The notes: a model not told the origin generated them from the letters alone. DNA of 64,000 bases from Eledone cirrhosa (GCA_964016885.1 OZ024741.1:236282001-236346000), one strand, 5' to 3'. Counted from the first letter of the stretch, positions 1 to 11,788 are shown. Program-made: numbers and translations.

Positions 1-119
1 GGCTAATAAAGAAACATATATATATATGTATGTATGTGTGTGTATGTATGTATGTATATATATGTGTATATATATATGTATGTATATATATATATATATA
101 TATCTATATCCAAAATTAA

Positions 120-820
120 GATAAATCAAAGTGAATTTAATCTAAATCAAAATTATGGGTGTCATGCCAGAAAGGCATGCGCCATATCACCCGTAAAATA
201 AGCTCCAAGGTTCTAATGAATAGGTCCGAGCATTTTATAACAACTAGAAATTGATTAACATATAAATAAACATATGAAACAATCACAGGGGATAATTTTT
301 ACAAGTGTGTAAGCACACATAGCTAGGTAGGTAACTAAATAAAGTTAACTAGAACTTCAAAAATAGATACCTTATAATATGATTAATCTTTCCTGTATAT
401 ATTCCATTAAAGAAATATATTTCACCAATTAATCGAATGGTAAACCACGGAGGCCGATACTTGGATTTTCAACAAGGAAGAAGTCCAGCCATCTGTGTTT
501 ACGCATTAAGTTCAAATCAGCGACTGGCCAGTAACACGTGCTGAAGCTACTAAAAATACACACATCATACCAGCTTCGTCCCAGTGGCGTGAATAGGGTT
601 ATCGACAACTAGAAACAGCAGTCAAGTCCTTTCAACAGAGTTAGCTCTACAATGTTAGCTCTACATATGTTTATTTATATGTTAATCAATTTCTAGTTGT
701 TATAAAATGCTCGGACCTATTCATTAGAATCTTGGAGCTTATTTTACGGGTGATATGGCGCATGCCTTTCTGGCATGACACCCATAATTTTGATTTAGAT
801 TAAATTCACTTTGATTTATC
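120..820. mobile_element. Fold-back insertion with 157-bp inverted arms (120-276 / 664-820) between TA-rich microsatellites; probable Penelope-like element terminal fragment
   Basis: gataaatcaaagtg...aaacatatg is the reverse complement of catatgttt...ctttgatttatc, with one mismatch seen (aaggttc vs aagattc). Both sides are flanked by TA/TG repeats. Confidence 0.65.
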
Positions 821-911
821 GTATATATATACGTATATATGTACATGTGTGTGTGTTTGTGTATTTGTGTGTATGTGTATGTATGGATATGTATATATAT
901 ATATTTGTATG

Positions 912-980
<69 letters not shown>

Positions 981-1015
981 ATGTGTATATATGTGTGTAT
1001 GTGTATATATGTGTG

Positions 1016-1066
<51 letters not shown>

Positions 1067-1219
1067 ATGTATATGTGTGTGTGTATGTGTGTGTGTGCAT
1101 GTGTGTTTATCTACTTTTATATTCATTCTGTTTCCTTTCCTTCTTCCTTTTCCAGCCTCACTTTCATATAGATTATATTTTTGTTTTTAAAGTCCACTGT
1201 CAATAAATACACCAGAATT

Positions 1220-1283
1220 TTTTCCTTCTGATGACTGAAAGCAAATTTTGTTTGCTTTCAAGAAACCACTGGTAAATGAAATA
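1220..1283 (+). ncRNA. Type I hammerhead ribozyme-like motif (PLE-type) within a short element at ~1110-1380
   Basis: CTGATGA (1228-1234), then a 10-bp stem II tgaaagcaaa/tttgctttca, GAAA (1262-1265), short stem III ccactgg and a TA site. Stem I (ttttcctt/aatgaaa) is imperfect. Confidence 0.65.
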
Positions 1284-1420
1284 ATTATCTTATGTTGTTT
1301 ATTACATAACTATTAAGTTCTGTAACCTTCATAGAGCACTCTTTTTTCCTGGACCTTTCCGACGGAATGACTTCATTCATACATATATATAGCACTAAGT
1401 AATGCTTATTGCAAAAATGC

Positions 1421-1490
<70 letters not shown>

Positions 1491-1989
1491 GCATTTTTGC
1501 AATAAGCATTACTTAGTGCTAACAGATCCAAAGTACAAAATACTGGCCAGTTTTGTACTTTGAATCTGTTAGCAGTAAGTAATGCTTATTGTAGAATCGC
1601 AGCACCCTCGCCTTGGAGTATAACAATTTTTTCTCTTCCCCTCTGTTAATTTCTTTCTGACGAAATGCAATAATTTATTAGGTAATGCATACAATTGAGC
1701 ATTGGACTATGCAGCCAGCACATTTAGATGGCTATGTAATTGTACAGAAACATATGTTAACGATTGAACACTCAATAAATTTCTCCTTCTGACCACTTCT
1801 TCCTGCCTAATTTTTCCTGCTTTTCCTGGTAACATACTTATCATTACACACACACTCACACATATGTATATACACACACACATATATGTATATTTGTGTG
1901 TGCACATAGCTACATATACACGTATGAACAGATTTATATGTGTACGTGCATGTGTGCGTGTACTGTGCGCACATGCGTGTACTGTGTAT

Positions 1990-2690
1990 TTGTGTGTGTT
2001 GGCACTTAGAAACCAACTCTGGTTTTTATTCAACAGAAAGTAATCTTTTGTTAGTATTTTCCGCTAAGCATAATTGGCATTTGTTGGATCCGACTGTATA
2101 TGTGGATGTGTTTTCTATGGTTGGCCAGATTATTCTAATATTCTCTATATATGTTTTCCATTTAATCTCCAGTTAATGTTGACCCAATGTCGTATCGTTT
2201 CTGTGTTCAGGTTGTAGGATTGAGAAAATATGTTGAAAATAACGGTTTTTGAAGATATTTGTTGTGGGCTTAATATATTCTATCCACATCTTTCGTAGAG
2301 TTTATCAATGTTCTATCGAGACATCTTCAGTTATTTACAATTACACCGAAATAGAGGTTTAGACAAGTTCCTGACTGTTATGTTTCTGATTGCGTTTGTA
2401 TTTATTTTAGAATACCTTTAAACATAAATCTTGATATAAAATAATAAGATTGTCAGTAAAGTTGTAACTAACATTTTTGTATTTTTATGAAAGAGTTCGT
2501 GGTATCTATGTATGGTGAATGTATATTACAGTTTGCTTTTAAAATTACGGTCAGCTAAAGCATTATTATATGTACAAAGAGAATAATGGAATGTTCTTCA
2601 CATTTATTTAAATGTTCACATGCCTACATTAACTTTATCTCCAATTTTCTAATATACGCTTTATTGTGCATAGATATTTATTATTTAATT
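1990..2690 (-). pseudogene. Degenerate Penelope-like element GIY-YIG endonuclease region (Hydra-clade-like)
   Basis: Minus-strand translation gives RYFQHIFS...DTTLGQH...IIWPTIE...YTVGSNKCQLCLAE...ELVSKCQH with stops and frameshifts; KCxLCxxE motif. Confidence 0.6.
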
Positions 2691-2711
2691 AATTACATCA
2701 CCGACTAGAGC

Positions 2712-2925
2712 TGTGGATTGGCAGTATCAGTAGAGCGTCGGACATTATGCTTTTCGGCATAGAGTTACGATCCGTTACGTTCTGAGTTCAAATCCCACCG
2801 AGGTTCACTTTGCCTTTCATCCTTACGGGGCCCATAAAATAAAGCACCAGTAACGTACTGTGGTCGATTTAATCGACTTACCCCTCGCCCAAAATTGTTA
2901 GCCTTGTGTCTAAATCAAAAACCAT
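2712..2925 (+). mobile_element. tRNA-derived SINE family A. Other copies at ~8200-8386, 9545-9700, 12535-12745, 16030-16215, 18897-19008, 20886-21052, 25255-25800 (cluster), 27315-27456, 28475-28610, 29580-29725, 30520-30688, 35253-35354 and 40655-40780 on +; 60055-60190 on -
   Basis: A-box-like tggcagtatcagtagagcg, B-box gagttcaaatccc, conserved body actttgcctttcatccttacggggtcgataaaataaagtacca, and 3' end gctggccttgtgcctaaa...gaaacaattatt, repeated throughout the window. Confidence 0.85.
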
Positions 2926-3193
2926 TAATTGCATCTCCGACTAATGTACTAGATGCAAATGAGACCAGCCTTTTCAGCTAATTCCTAGTTTGTGTTTGAT
3001 ATCATTAATATTTGACTATATCGCCCTTCGTGGACATAAAAGATAGCGTTATTTGTCTACTGATGAACGACCAATTAGCTCTGAAACATCCATGGGCAAT
3101 GGAAGTGAATAACAGGAAATTCTTCAAATCTGTTTTAATCTTCAGAGCGAGGTTTATAAACTGTAGTCATATGTAAATTCAATTTATCTTTAA

Positions 3194-3261
<68 letters not shown>

Positions 3262-3349
3262 AATATGGGGAGAAGAATACTGCATGGTTGCACATGGATA
3301 ACATGCTATAAAATGAGTCCCTCATCAGTGATTTGCCAACGGTCATTGG

Positions 3350-3381
<32 letters not shown>

Positions 3382-3485
3382 GCAATTTATTTCAAATAGA
3401 ATTTGCTTCAGGACTGGTATTGTTTCATTTACAACTAAATAAAACAATACTAGTCCTGTAGAAGTAATTTCTATTTGAAATAAGT

Positions 3486-3617
<132 letters not shown>

Positions 3618-3679
3618 TAACCCATGCTAGCGTGGAAGAACGGACGTAAAACGGTGATGATGATACATATATACAAAAG

Positions 3680-3934
3680 TCAGCTCAAAAGTGACACAGA
3701 GGAGACTGAGGTTGGCTGGACATGCTCACCGACATCCAGAGTTGACATTGCACTCAGTGCTCCTTTGGGAGCCCTTACATGGACACATTAGAAGAGGAAG
3801 ACCAAGGTTAACATATGTTGATGCCCTAAGGACAGACACTGGTCTGTTGGAGATGCAGGATATGGCAGCGTTAATGAGGGACAGAGACCGCTGGAGAGAA
3901 CTCGTCCATGGATCTCGGGAATTTTACCCGCCTT

Positions 3935-3936
<2 letters not shown>
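3680..3936 (+). mobile_element. 5'-truncated RTE-type LINE 3' end
   Basis: ORF RRLRLAGHAHRHPE...GRPRLTYVDAL...DRDRWR is typical of an RTE C-terminus; it ends at (TA)n. Confidence 0.75.
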
Positions 3937-4005
<69 letters not shown>

Positions 4006-4145
4006 TTTATCCCGGGTTCAATCGGGGGTAACCACAGTAAGTATGGTACTCAATACAAAGCAGAGTATACATATTTAATATAGAAAAGGCAGAACGATTT
4101 CTCCCGAATGAAACAGTTCTAGTCCTGTAGAAGCCTTTTCTATAT

Positions 4146-4313
<168 letters not shown>

Positions 4314-4316
4314 CAT

Positions 4317-4511
4317 ATAGGAAAAGAGTAAGGAGCCACACGGCTGAGCTCCGGCCATTTCGACAGCTGTCGGTTCTAGCTGTCGAAACAGCCGGAGCTC
4401 AGCCGTCGGGGTCGGTCCTGACTCTTTCCCTATTACCCACTCTACTACCCTAAGTATTGAGTACTCTGGTGATTTATGGTCCACCTGGTATCTTACCGCA
4501 TCCCTCTTTGT

Positions 4512-4513
<2 letters not shown>
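4317..4513 (+). mobile_element. GC-rich fold-back element in (TA)n; family also at 18521-18703, with half copies at 30765-30830 and 45945-46085
   Basis: Inverted arms cggctgagctccggc..tttcgacagct / agctgtcgaaa..gccggagctcagccg, followed by an ~80-nt tail shared with the 18521 copy (actaccctaagtattgagtactctggt). Confidence 0.65.
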
Positions 4514-4576
<63 letters not shown>

Positions 4577-4739
4577 ATATATATATACGTGTATACACAA
4601 ATAATCGCCCCCTCTCCCTCAGTTTATTTATTTTTTCAGAATTTTCCCGCTTATTAAATTTTGCTAATCTATCTCAGGCGAAATTTTATTTTAAATTTTA
4701 TTTTCCTGGGACAATTAATTTTCTTTATACATTAAAGTG

Positions 4740-4900
4740 AAGGCGTGTAGCTGAGTGGTTAGCGAATTGGATTCACAATGTTGAGGTTGTGAGTTCGATT
4801 CCTGGACCGGGCGGTCCGTTATGTCCCTGAGCAAGACACTTTATTTCACGTTGCTCCTTCTACCTGGAGTTGCGACCGATAGATAGTACTACCAACTGGA
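4740..4900 (+). mobile_element. tRNA-derived SINE family B; copies at ~18140-18440 (-), 34455-34590 (+), 41130-41410 (-) and 59078-59420 (+)
   Basis: tagctgagtggttag A box, gagttcgattcc B box, then the conserved core gtccctgagcaagacactttatttcacgttgctcc. Confidence 0.75.
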
Positions 4901-5195
4901 AAGACCAACGGAAACATTGTTCCCTCGGTCCGATTTGACGAAAGTCGATCGATCCTTTTTATACATTAAAAAAACCTTATACATAACAAAAAAAAAGAAC
5001 ATTACAAGAAATCTCATACGTTATAAGATAAACAGGATGGGTTGGGGGTCTCAATATGTAAACTAAACGACTAATTCTGGTTTCTAAAAAATCAACGGAG
5101 ACAACCTAAAATAACTACTGATCCCCCCCCCCCCCCACCTCCGCTTATTCCAACCCCTCACCTATTATTTGGGACCCGAAAGTACACACACACGT

Positions 5196-5269
<74 letters not shown>

Positions 5270-5289
5270 TTATGTATATATTTATATAT

Positions 5290-7110
5290 ATTTATTGTTA
5301 TATTTGGGGAGGGTCATATTTGCGTAATATTGCCAGAATTAATAACAGAACACACTCACTGTTTGGTTGGTTTTCGCTTCTCGCTGTCTTTTATATATAT
5401 ATATCTGCGATCTAACTTACTCGGTCCTCAGTGTTGCCATTGACTGACCGGCGGTCAAAAATAATACAGATACAATATAGACAAACACATATATATATAG
5501 TTTACATAAATCTTTCGTTGCACATCTGCAACATCGTCAGTGGTGTTATATTCATTGTTCCTCCTGTTGTGTTGTATGTCTACGCCATTTTTTTTTTTTT
5601 GTTCAGTCTGTCTATATATTTATTTGCTTGTTTGTTTATCTTATTTTATTTTGTCTTCTTTGCGCATGCGTTTGCGTGTGTGTATAGTGTTATGTGTGAT
5701 GTGTGATGTGTGACTAGTGTGTATAGTGTTGTCTGCTGGGTGACTAGTGTGTGTTTATGTGCTTGTGTATGTATTTATTTATCTTATTTTATTTAATTTA
5801 ATTTACTTATTTATTTATACTTCTCTTAGGTCAGTGTTGTTTGTTTGGGTGTTGTTGTTGTTCCACTCATTCTTTCTGTTTAGCTTTGGTCTTCTAATTT
5901 CTATTTCACTGGCCTCTCTGATTTGCCTATCTGCTGGGTCATTCCTATGTTTAGATATTATTCTAATTTCTATGTTGTCTATGTTACCGTCATGATGTTG
6001 TCTAGCATGTTCGTATAGTACTGACCCGTTTTTTCGTCCTTTTAGTTCCCCCCAGTGTTGGTCTATCCTTTCACCTATGCTACGAGCTGTCTCACCTATG
6101 TATGTTGTTGTCGTGTTTCTGCAAGTACCCTCTGTACATCTTATGCTATAGACTACGTTTCTAGTTTTACAGTTTATCCGGGGGTTCACCTTACATATGA
6201 TACATTTCCTATTGGTACAGTGGGTTTTCTTAAAAGGGTAGGTTTTGCTGATCAGGGATTTTATGGTGGTTCCTGGCTTTTCTACCACCTTTATTTTTAA
6301 GTGGGTCTTTCTCAGGGCCTTTCTACACTGGTTAGCTAATTTCCCTCCAGGGGTGGCGTCCACAAACATGACACTCTGATATCTCTGGTTGTCGTACCAT
6401 GATGTGGCCTTCCCTATCTTATGTCTAGCCCTATCTAAGCTATTCCATGATTTGCTCCTGTATAGTGGGCAAATTCCTTTCATGTCCAGTTCTATGAGGG
6501 TCTTATACTTTTCCATGGCTCCTTCGTATACTCTGACTCTGTCTCTTTGGTTGTAGCCAGAGAACTGCATGCGGTTGATGAAGTGTTGGATGTGTCCTTC
6601 CATTTCTGTTGGGTCGCACATGCTGGACACATTCTTCATCACTCGTACCAAATCTGCGATCAGAATATTAAACTTAGCATTACTGGACATTGCTGAGTTT
6701 TTGAGTATCAGGTATTTGGAGGCCATGGGTTTAGCATAGTGTGAGTGGAGAATTTGGGCTCTCTCGTCTATAGTGTTAATCCAGAGTTCTGTGTCTAATA
6801 CAGGTAGTCTATTGTTAGGGTGTTTGGAAGGGAAGTCTATAGTTACAGTTATACTCTGGTGTATGGAATTAGCTATCTGCTGGATGCTTTCCATCGTGCT
6901 ACGTTCTAAATCAAACTTGTTAGTGCTCTCTAGTGGGGGTGTTCTTATAACTATATTGATATCGTCTACATAACGAGAGTACATGATGAGGTCTATGGAG
7001 CTTTCATTAAGGAGATCTTTAAGTCTCCTTTCCCACCATACCATGAAAAGGTTGGCAACATCGCCAGCTATGCTGACGCCGATGGCTGCTCCCTCATTTT
7101 GGGTGTAGAT
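5290..7110 (-). mobile_element. 5'-truncated Penelope-like element, Naiad-like; RT C-terminal half plus GIY-YIG endonuclease (ORF 5815-7044, frame extends upstream to ~7110)
   Basis: YTQNEGAAIGVSIAGDVANLFMVWWE and SRYVDD RT motifs; LPVLD; Cys-rich linker HCTNRKCIIC...C; VVYSIRC...C...YIGETARSIGERIDQH GIY-YIG; E...LNRKNEW end. Confidence 0.9.
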
Positions 7111-7609
7111 ATATTTATATTTGGATGTATATATATTTATATTTGCTTACATGTGTGCGTGTGTAGTCTCTGGGTGGCTGCAAACTAGGCATCAAACATG
7201 CCATTAGATATGATGCATGTGTGTGTGTGTGTATGTCTGTGTGTGTGTGTTTATGTGTGTGTGTATGTCTGTGTGTGTGTTTATGTGTGTGTGTGTGTAT
7301 GTGCCTGTGTATATGAGTGTTTGTGTGTGTGTGTGTATGTGCGTGTGTATATGAGTGTTTGTGTGTTTGTGTGTGTGTGTCTCCTTTCTCAGTGCCCTGA
7401 CCTCAGACAGACAGCCACTGTTATTCAGTGCTACATTCAATATTCAGCACACACACACACACACACACACTATCTATCTATCTATCTATTTACACACACA
7501 TATACACACACACACACGCATATATTTATATATATATATATATATATCTATATCTAACCTACTTATCAAGCAAATTACCTATCTAACCTTCTATCTATCT
7601 ATCTATCTA

Positions 7610-7710
7610 ATTGTTTGTTTTTATATTTTTTACACGACTGTATGTAAAATCCCCGGCATGTCTTTGTATTGTCCCCTTTCTTGTTGCGCCCTTGTGGCTA
7701 ATAAAGAAAT
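7610..7710 (+). mobile_element. Short 3' end of a Tx1/L1-clade LINE inserted in (CTAT)n
   Basis: Ends cccttgtggctaataaagaaat, like the LINE end at ~20816-20838 and the window start (1-14). Confidence 0.6.
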
Positions 7711-8419
7711 CTATCTATCTATCTATCTATCTACCTGGGACTATATAACATCCACAACAACTGTGACAACAATGTGTATGTGTTTGTTCCAGAGTAAAGT
7801 GCACCGCCGCCGACGCCACCAATACCATTAGCACCACCATTAATGTGTCCGTCTGGCAGTCATCATGTTTGTCTGTAAGACTGACGTAACAAAAGTGGTG
7901 CGGGGGGAGGAGGAGTGGTTGTGTTGTGACGTGTGTGTAAGGTAGATAGATAGAGATAGAGAGAGAGGGGAGGGGGGAGGAGGGGGAGAGAAAGAGGGAG
8001 TGTGCGCAGTAATAGTAGCCATAGGACAAAGAAAGGATCTGATGAGTCATGAGACAGAAACTGAAGAGAAAGGGAGAGGGAGAGCGAGAGAGAAGCTGAA
8101 CTGGTGTGGACAATATCAAGGCACACCATGAGACATGAATGCTATAGGGGACTGTTAGGAAGAACAGAACTATTGAACTGCGAAGCATGCATTATTTATT
8201 AATTGGCAGTATCGGTAGAGGGTCGGACGCCATGCTTTGACGCATAGAGTTACGGCCCTTGCCATTCTGAGTTCAAATCCTGCCGAGGTTAACTTTGCTT
8301 TTCATCCTTACGGGGTCGATAAAATAAAGTACCAGTAATGCACTGGGTAATTGCTGGCCTTGTGCCAAAAATTAGAAACAATTATTTAAGTTTAACCCAA
8401 TATATATATATATATATAT

Positions 8420-8668
8420 TAGAAAGTGAGGTTTTTTTTACAAAATGAAAAATAACCGAGGTGTCCTACACGAGTGAAAGTATAAAGAAAAAGAGATGAA
8501 ATCGAAAATGCAACTGTGAGAAAAACCACAGACCCTCCATCTCAACTCACCTTTTGAAAAGCAGAAGAACTGTGAAACCGGTAAAGGAACCAAATAAATA
8601 TATATATTTAAAAAAAAAAAAAAAAAAAAATAAGACTCCAGTTGCATTTTCGATTTCATCTCTTTTTC
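8420..8668. repeat. Fold-back insertion with perfect 30-bp inverted arms (8487-8516 / 8639-8668) between (TA)n tracts
   Basis: gaaaaagagatgaaatcgaaaatgcaactg versus cagttgcattttcgatttcatctctttttc. Confidence 0.75.
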
Positions 8669-8688
8669 GTTATATATATATATATATA

Positions 8689-9156
8689 TACAATATTAAA
8701 TAAATGGAAAACTATATTTATAAAACCATATTTATTTCATTATATATATTTCGGGGATATCATATTAACAATATGCTATGCCTTCATCAGACAAAATACA
8801 ATATAAACAGTTTTATAGATAAATATATTCGACATACCGTAATAAACATCAACTTCATTTGAAGAGGTTTACGCTTGCAGTGCAAGCGTAAACCTCTTCA
8901 AATGAAGTTGATGTTTATTACGGTATGTCGAATATATTTATCTATAAAACTGTTTATATTGTATTTTGTCTGATGAAGGCATAGCATATTGTTAATATGA
9001 TATCCCCGAAATATATATAATGAAATAAATATGGTTTTATAAATATAGTTTTCCATTTATTTAATATTGTAAATATACTCCAAATATTTGTCGAGTGCTT
9101 TTATATCAGTTATAAATATTTACTAGTTGTAACCCAACAATTTTAAATATAACTTT

Positions 9157-9160
<4 letters not shown>
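8689..9160. mobile_element. Palindrome with 191-bp arms (8689-8879 / 8881-9071, 1-nt loop) plus an ~90-nt tail, in (TA)n; PLE-type terminal fragment
   Basis: Centre acgcttgca-g-tgcaagcgt; the arms read as reverse complements out to 8689/9071 with no mismatch seen by eye. Confidence 0.85.
8962..9027 (+). ncRNA. Type I hammerhead ribozyme-like motif (mirror copy at 8733-8798 on -)
   Basis: tattttgt-CTGATGA(8970-8976)-stem II with 11/14 pairs-GAAA(9008-9011)-palindromic tatata-TA-atgaaata; stem I is fully paired with G-U wobbles. Confidence 0.65.
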
Positions 9161-9240
<80 letters not shown>

Positions 9241-9313
9241 TAACAGATTAAAGTTTAAGCAAAGAATCGCTGCTTTCACCCTTAACGGGATCTTCTGAAA
9301 CTCTCTCTCTCTC

Positions 9314-9346
<33 letters not shown>

Positions 9347-9876
9347 GAGACAGAATTATGTATGTATGCATGTAGGTAGATAGATAAATAGATAGGTTGA
9401 CAGACAGCTAGAAATACAAACAGACAGAGAGAGAGAGAAAGGAGAAAGATTGCTGTCTTGTCCCAAGCCAGCTCTGATTAAATGGACCTATGATCAAACA
9501 TGTTCCAGCTATGACCATCCTGTTGTTTTTTTTTTATGTATTATGGCAGCGAATTGGCAGCAGAGTCATTAGAATGTCATGTAGAATACTTTGCCGTATT
9601 TGTTCCGGCTCAATGGGTTGAAATCCCGCCGAGGTCAACTTTGTTTTTCATTCTTTCGGGGTTGATAAAAGACAGTACAAATTAAGTATTGGGACCGATC
9701 TTTCCTCTATATCTCTTTCTCACTTCCTTTCTCTCCTTATCTGGAAGAAAATGGCTGTGTTCGGACTTGGAAAAGAGATGGGCTTAACCAGGTTTAAAAT
9801 GCCCAAGTTGACGCCCTTACGATTCCACCGGGAATTACGGGTACATACATACACACATACATACATACATACATGC

Positions 9877-11788
9877 ATGATGGAATCATCTCGATTTCGA
9901 GAATTACCATCACTTGATCCTTTTCTCATTCATGGGGGTCACGAACATAACTTTTGAGCCTTGCCAAAGTCTTATATTCCTGCATATGTTGCAGAGAAAA
10001 ACAATTTTTAAAGGAGCCTTTTTCGGCTACGGCCGGACATGCTCATGCAACACTTGTGAAAGATGTTTAGATCAAATGATGCCTGTGCTTGAAACTTTTT
10101 TTAAGGTGAAAACAGGCATTGCACTGAACGAACCCCAGTCCCTGAACAACGGTGTAGGTATAATAATATCCTAACAAGGACAAGGGGCTTCTCACTCCCG
10201 GAGGGATAAGCGCGCGCTCGGACACCATACATGATGGCTGCAACACGATTTCGAGTAATGCCATCGCTTGATACTTAAGCGTGAGTATCACGGACGAGGC
10301 TTTTTAGTCCTGCTAGGGACTTGCCTATGGCCAACAATACCATGCATTGCAAAAAATGTCACATATCAAGCGATGCCTGTGCTTGAAGCTTTTTTAAGTG
10401 AGGAAATGAAGAAAGGCTTTGGTCAGGGCCAATCCCACTCTCTAAACATCGAATGCATTTGCCCCAAAAGAAGAACTAGTCTACATCGTTGGATGCAAAC
10501 GATGTCGCAGGTTTTATATGAGAGAGACCTTCTCCTAGAGAGATGTCTTAATGAAGACTAAGAGTCTCTCGTTCCACAAAAAAATACATACATACATAAC
10601 ATATACACATACATACATGATGGCTGCCCCCTCGTTATCGAGTATGGCCATTGTACGATATAACATTATTAATAATCATCAATTAATACTATCATCCAAT
10701 GACTGTGCGTGAAGATTTTTTTTTTAAATGAGGAAAGACTGTGCACTGAGCCAATCCCACTCTCTGAGCGACAGTAGCTGTAACCCGAAAAGAAGAAAAG
10801 ATCAACATCATCGTAACTACTGCCGCAGGTTTTATGTCGGAGTTATCCCAGTTTCCCGAGTTGCCTTCTCCTAGAAAAATGCCCTGACAAAGCCTAAGGG
10901 TCCCCACTCCCAGTGATTTAACCACGCGATCGGGTAATTAGCCCGATTATTTCTATTTCTCCGCGCATATACATACACATGCATACATGTATCATATATA
11001 CATATTTACACATTTTTGGATGACCGTTCACTCTTATGAGTTATTCCGCCCTTTGTCAGGTTTTGTTTTTTGTCCTGCAGGGTGTCCAAAATCACCTGGT
11101 GGAGTTGCCAGTTTAGTCGCCGACGACTCGACCACGCGACAGGTTGTACTGGGTTACATACATACATACATACATACATACATGGTGGCTGCCAACTCGT
11201 TTTCGAGTACGGCCACTACTTTATATCCATGTAGGAGAACCCCTACTGATGCGCTGAACGAGTGTGACTTTTTAGTCCGGCCAGCGACTTGAAAACTCTG
11301 GTACAGACACTACACTTGTGACAATTACTGACACATAGTGCTGGGCCCATTGTACCCTGTGATGACAAGTGCAGAGAGATCTCCAGATATAAAGCAATGC
11401 CTGTGCCGTGAAGCTTTTATAGTGAGCAAAGGCACTGCATTAGCCAGTCCCACTCTCTTAACCAAGATGATATTTACCAAAAAGAAGAACAAGTCAACAT
11501 TATTGGATACCATCAGGGTTGCAGGTGCTATATCAGAGTTTTCCTTCTCCTAGAATTCTGCCTTGACAAAGGCTAAGGGGTCATCTCTCCCGGTGTTTTG
11601 GATGGCCATTGACGCTTAAGAGCTCCTTTGCCCTTTGACAGGTTTTGTTTTTAGTCCTGCAGGATGTCCAAAGTCACCCTCCTCACCAAGAAACCTTGGT
11701 GGAGTTGCCAGTTTAGTCGCCAACGACCCGACCATGAGACAGGTTGTACTGGGATACATGTTACCAGTAGCACCAACTGGTGACCTGA
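9877..11788 (-). mobile_element. Head-to-tail array of non-autonomous, internally deleted RTE derivatives with (TGTA)n tails; most complete unit 11181-11788; related pieces at ~13040-13318 and 63295-63612
   Basis: On the minus strand, an RTE 5'UTR-like motif (ggcagaattctaggagaaggaaaactctg) is joined within ~300 nt to a C-terminal C2H2 remnant (CSVCTRVFKSLAGLKSHTRSAH*), a 3' hairpin and a (TGTA)n tail. Units are separated by (TACA)n. Confidence 0.65.

Noticed and set aside
806-1509. Many ORFs rich in YI/HT/CV (also at 4075-4740, 7198-7557, 11616-11958, 17575-18632, 26581-27050 and 59669-60638)
   Set aside because: They are translations of (TA)n, (CA)n and (TACA)n microsatellites, which lack stop codons; they are not genes.
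1650-1705. CTGACGA followed by a weak hairpin
   Set aside because: No GAAA or NUH site at the expected position, so it cannot be called a hammerhead.
5815-7044. Selenoprotein-encoding PLE
   Set aside because: There is no in-frame TGA in the visible ORF and I could not recognise a SECIS; the 5' part is missing, so it is not fully excluded.
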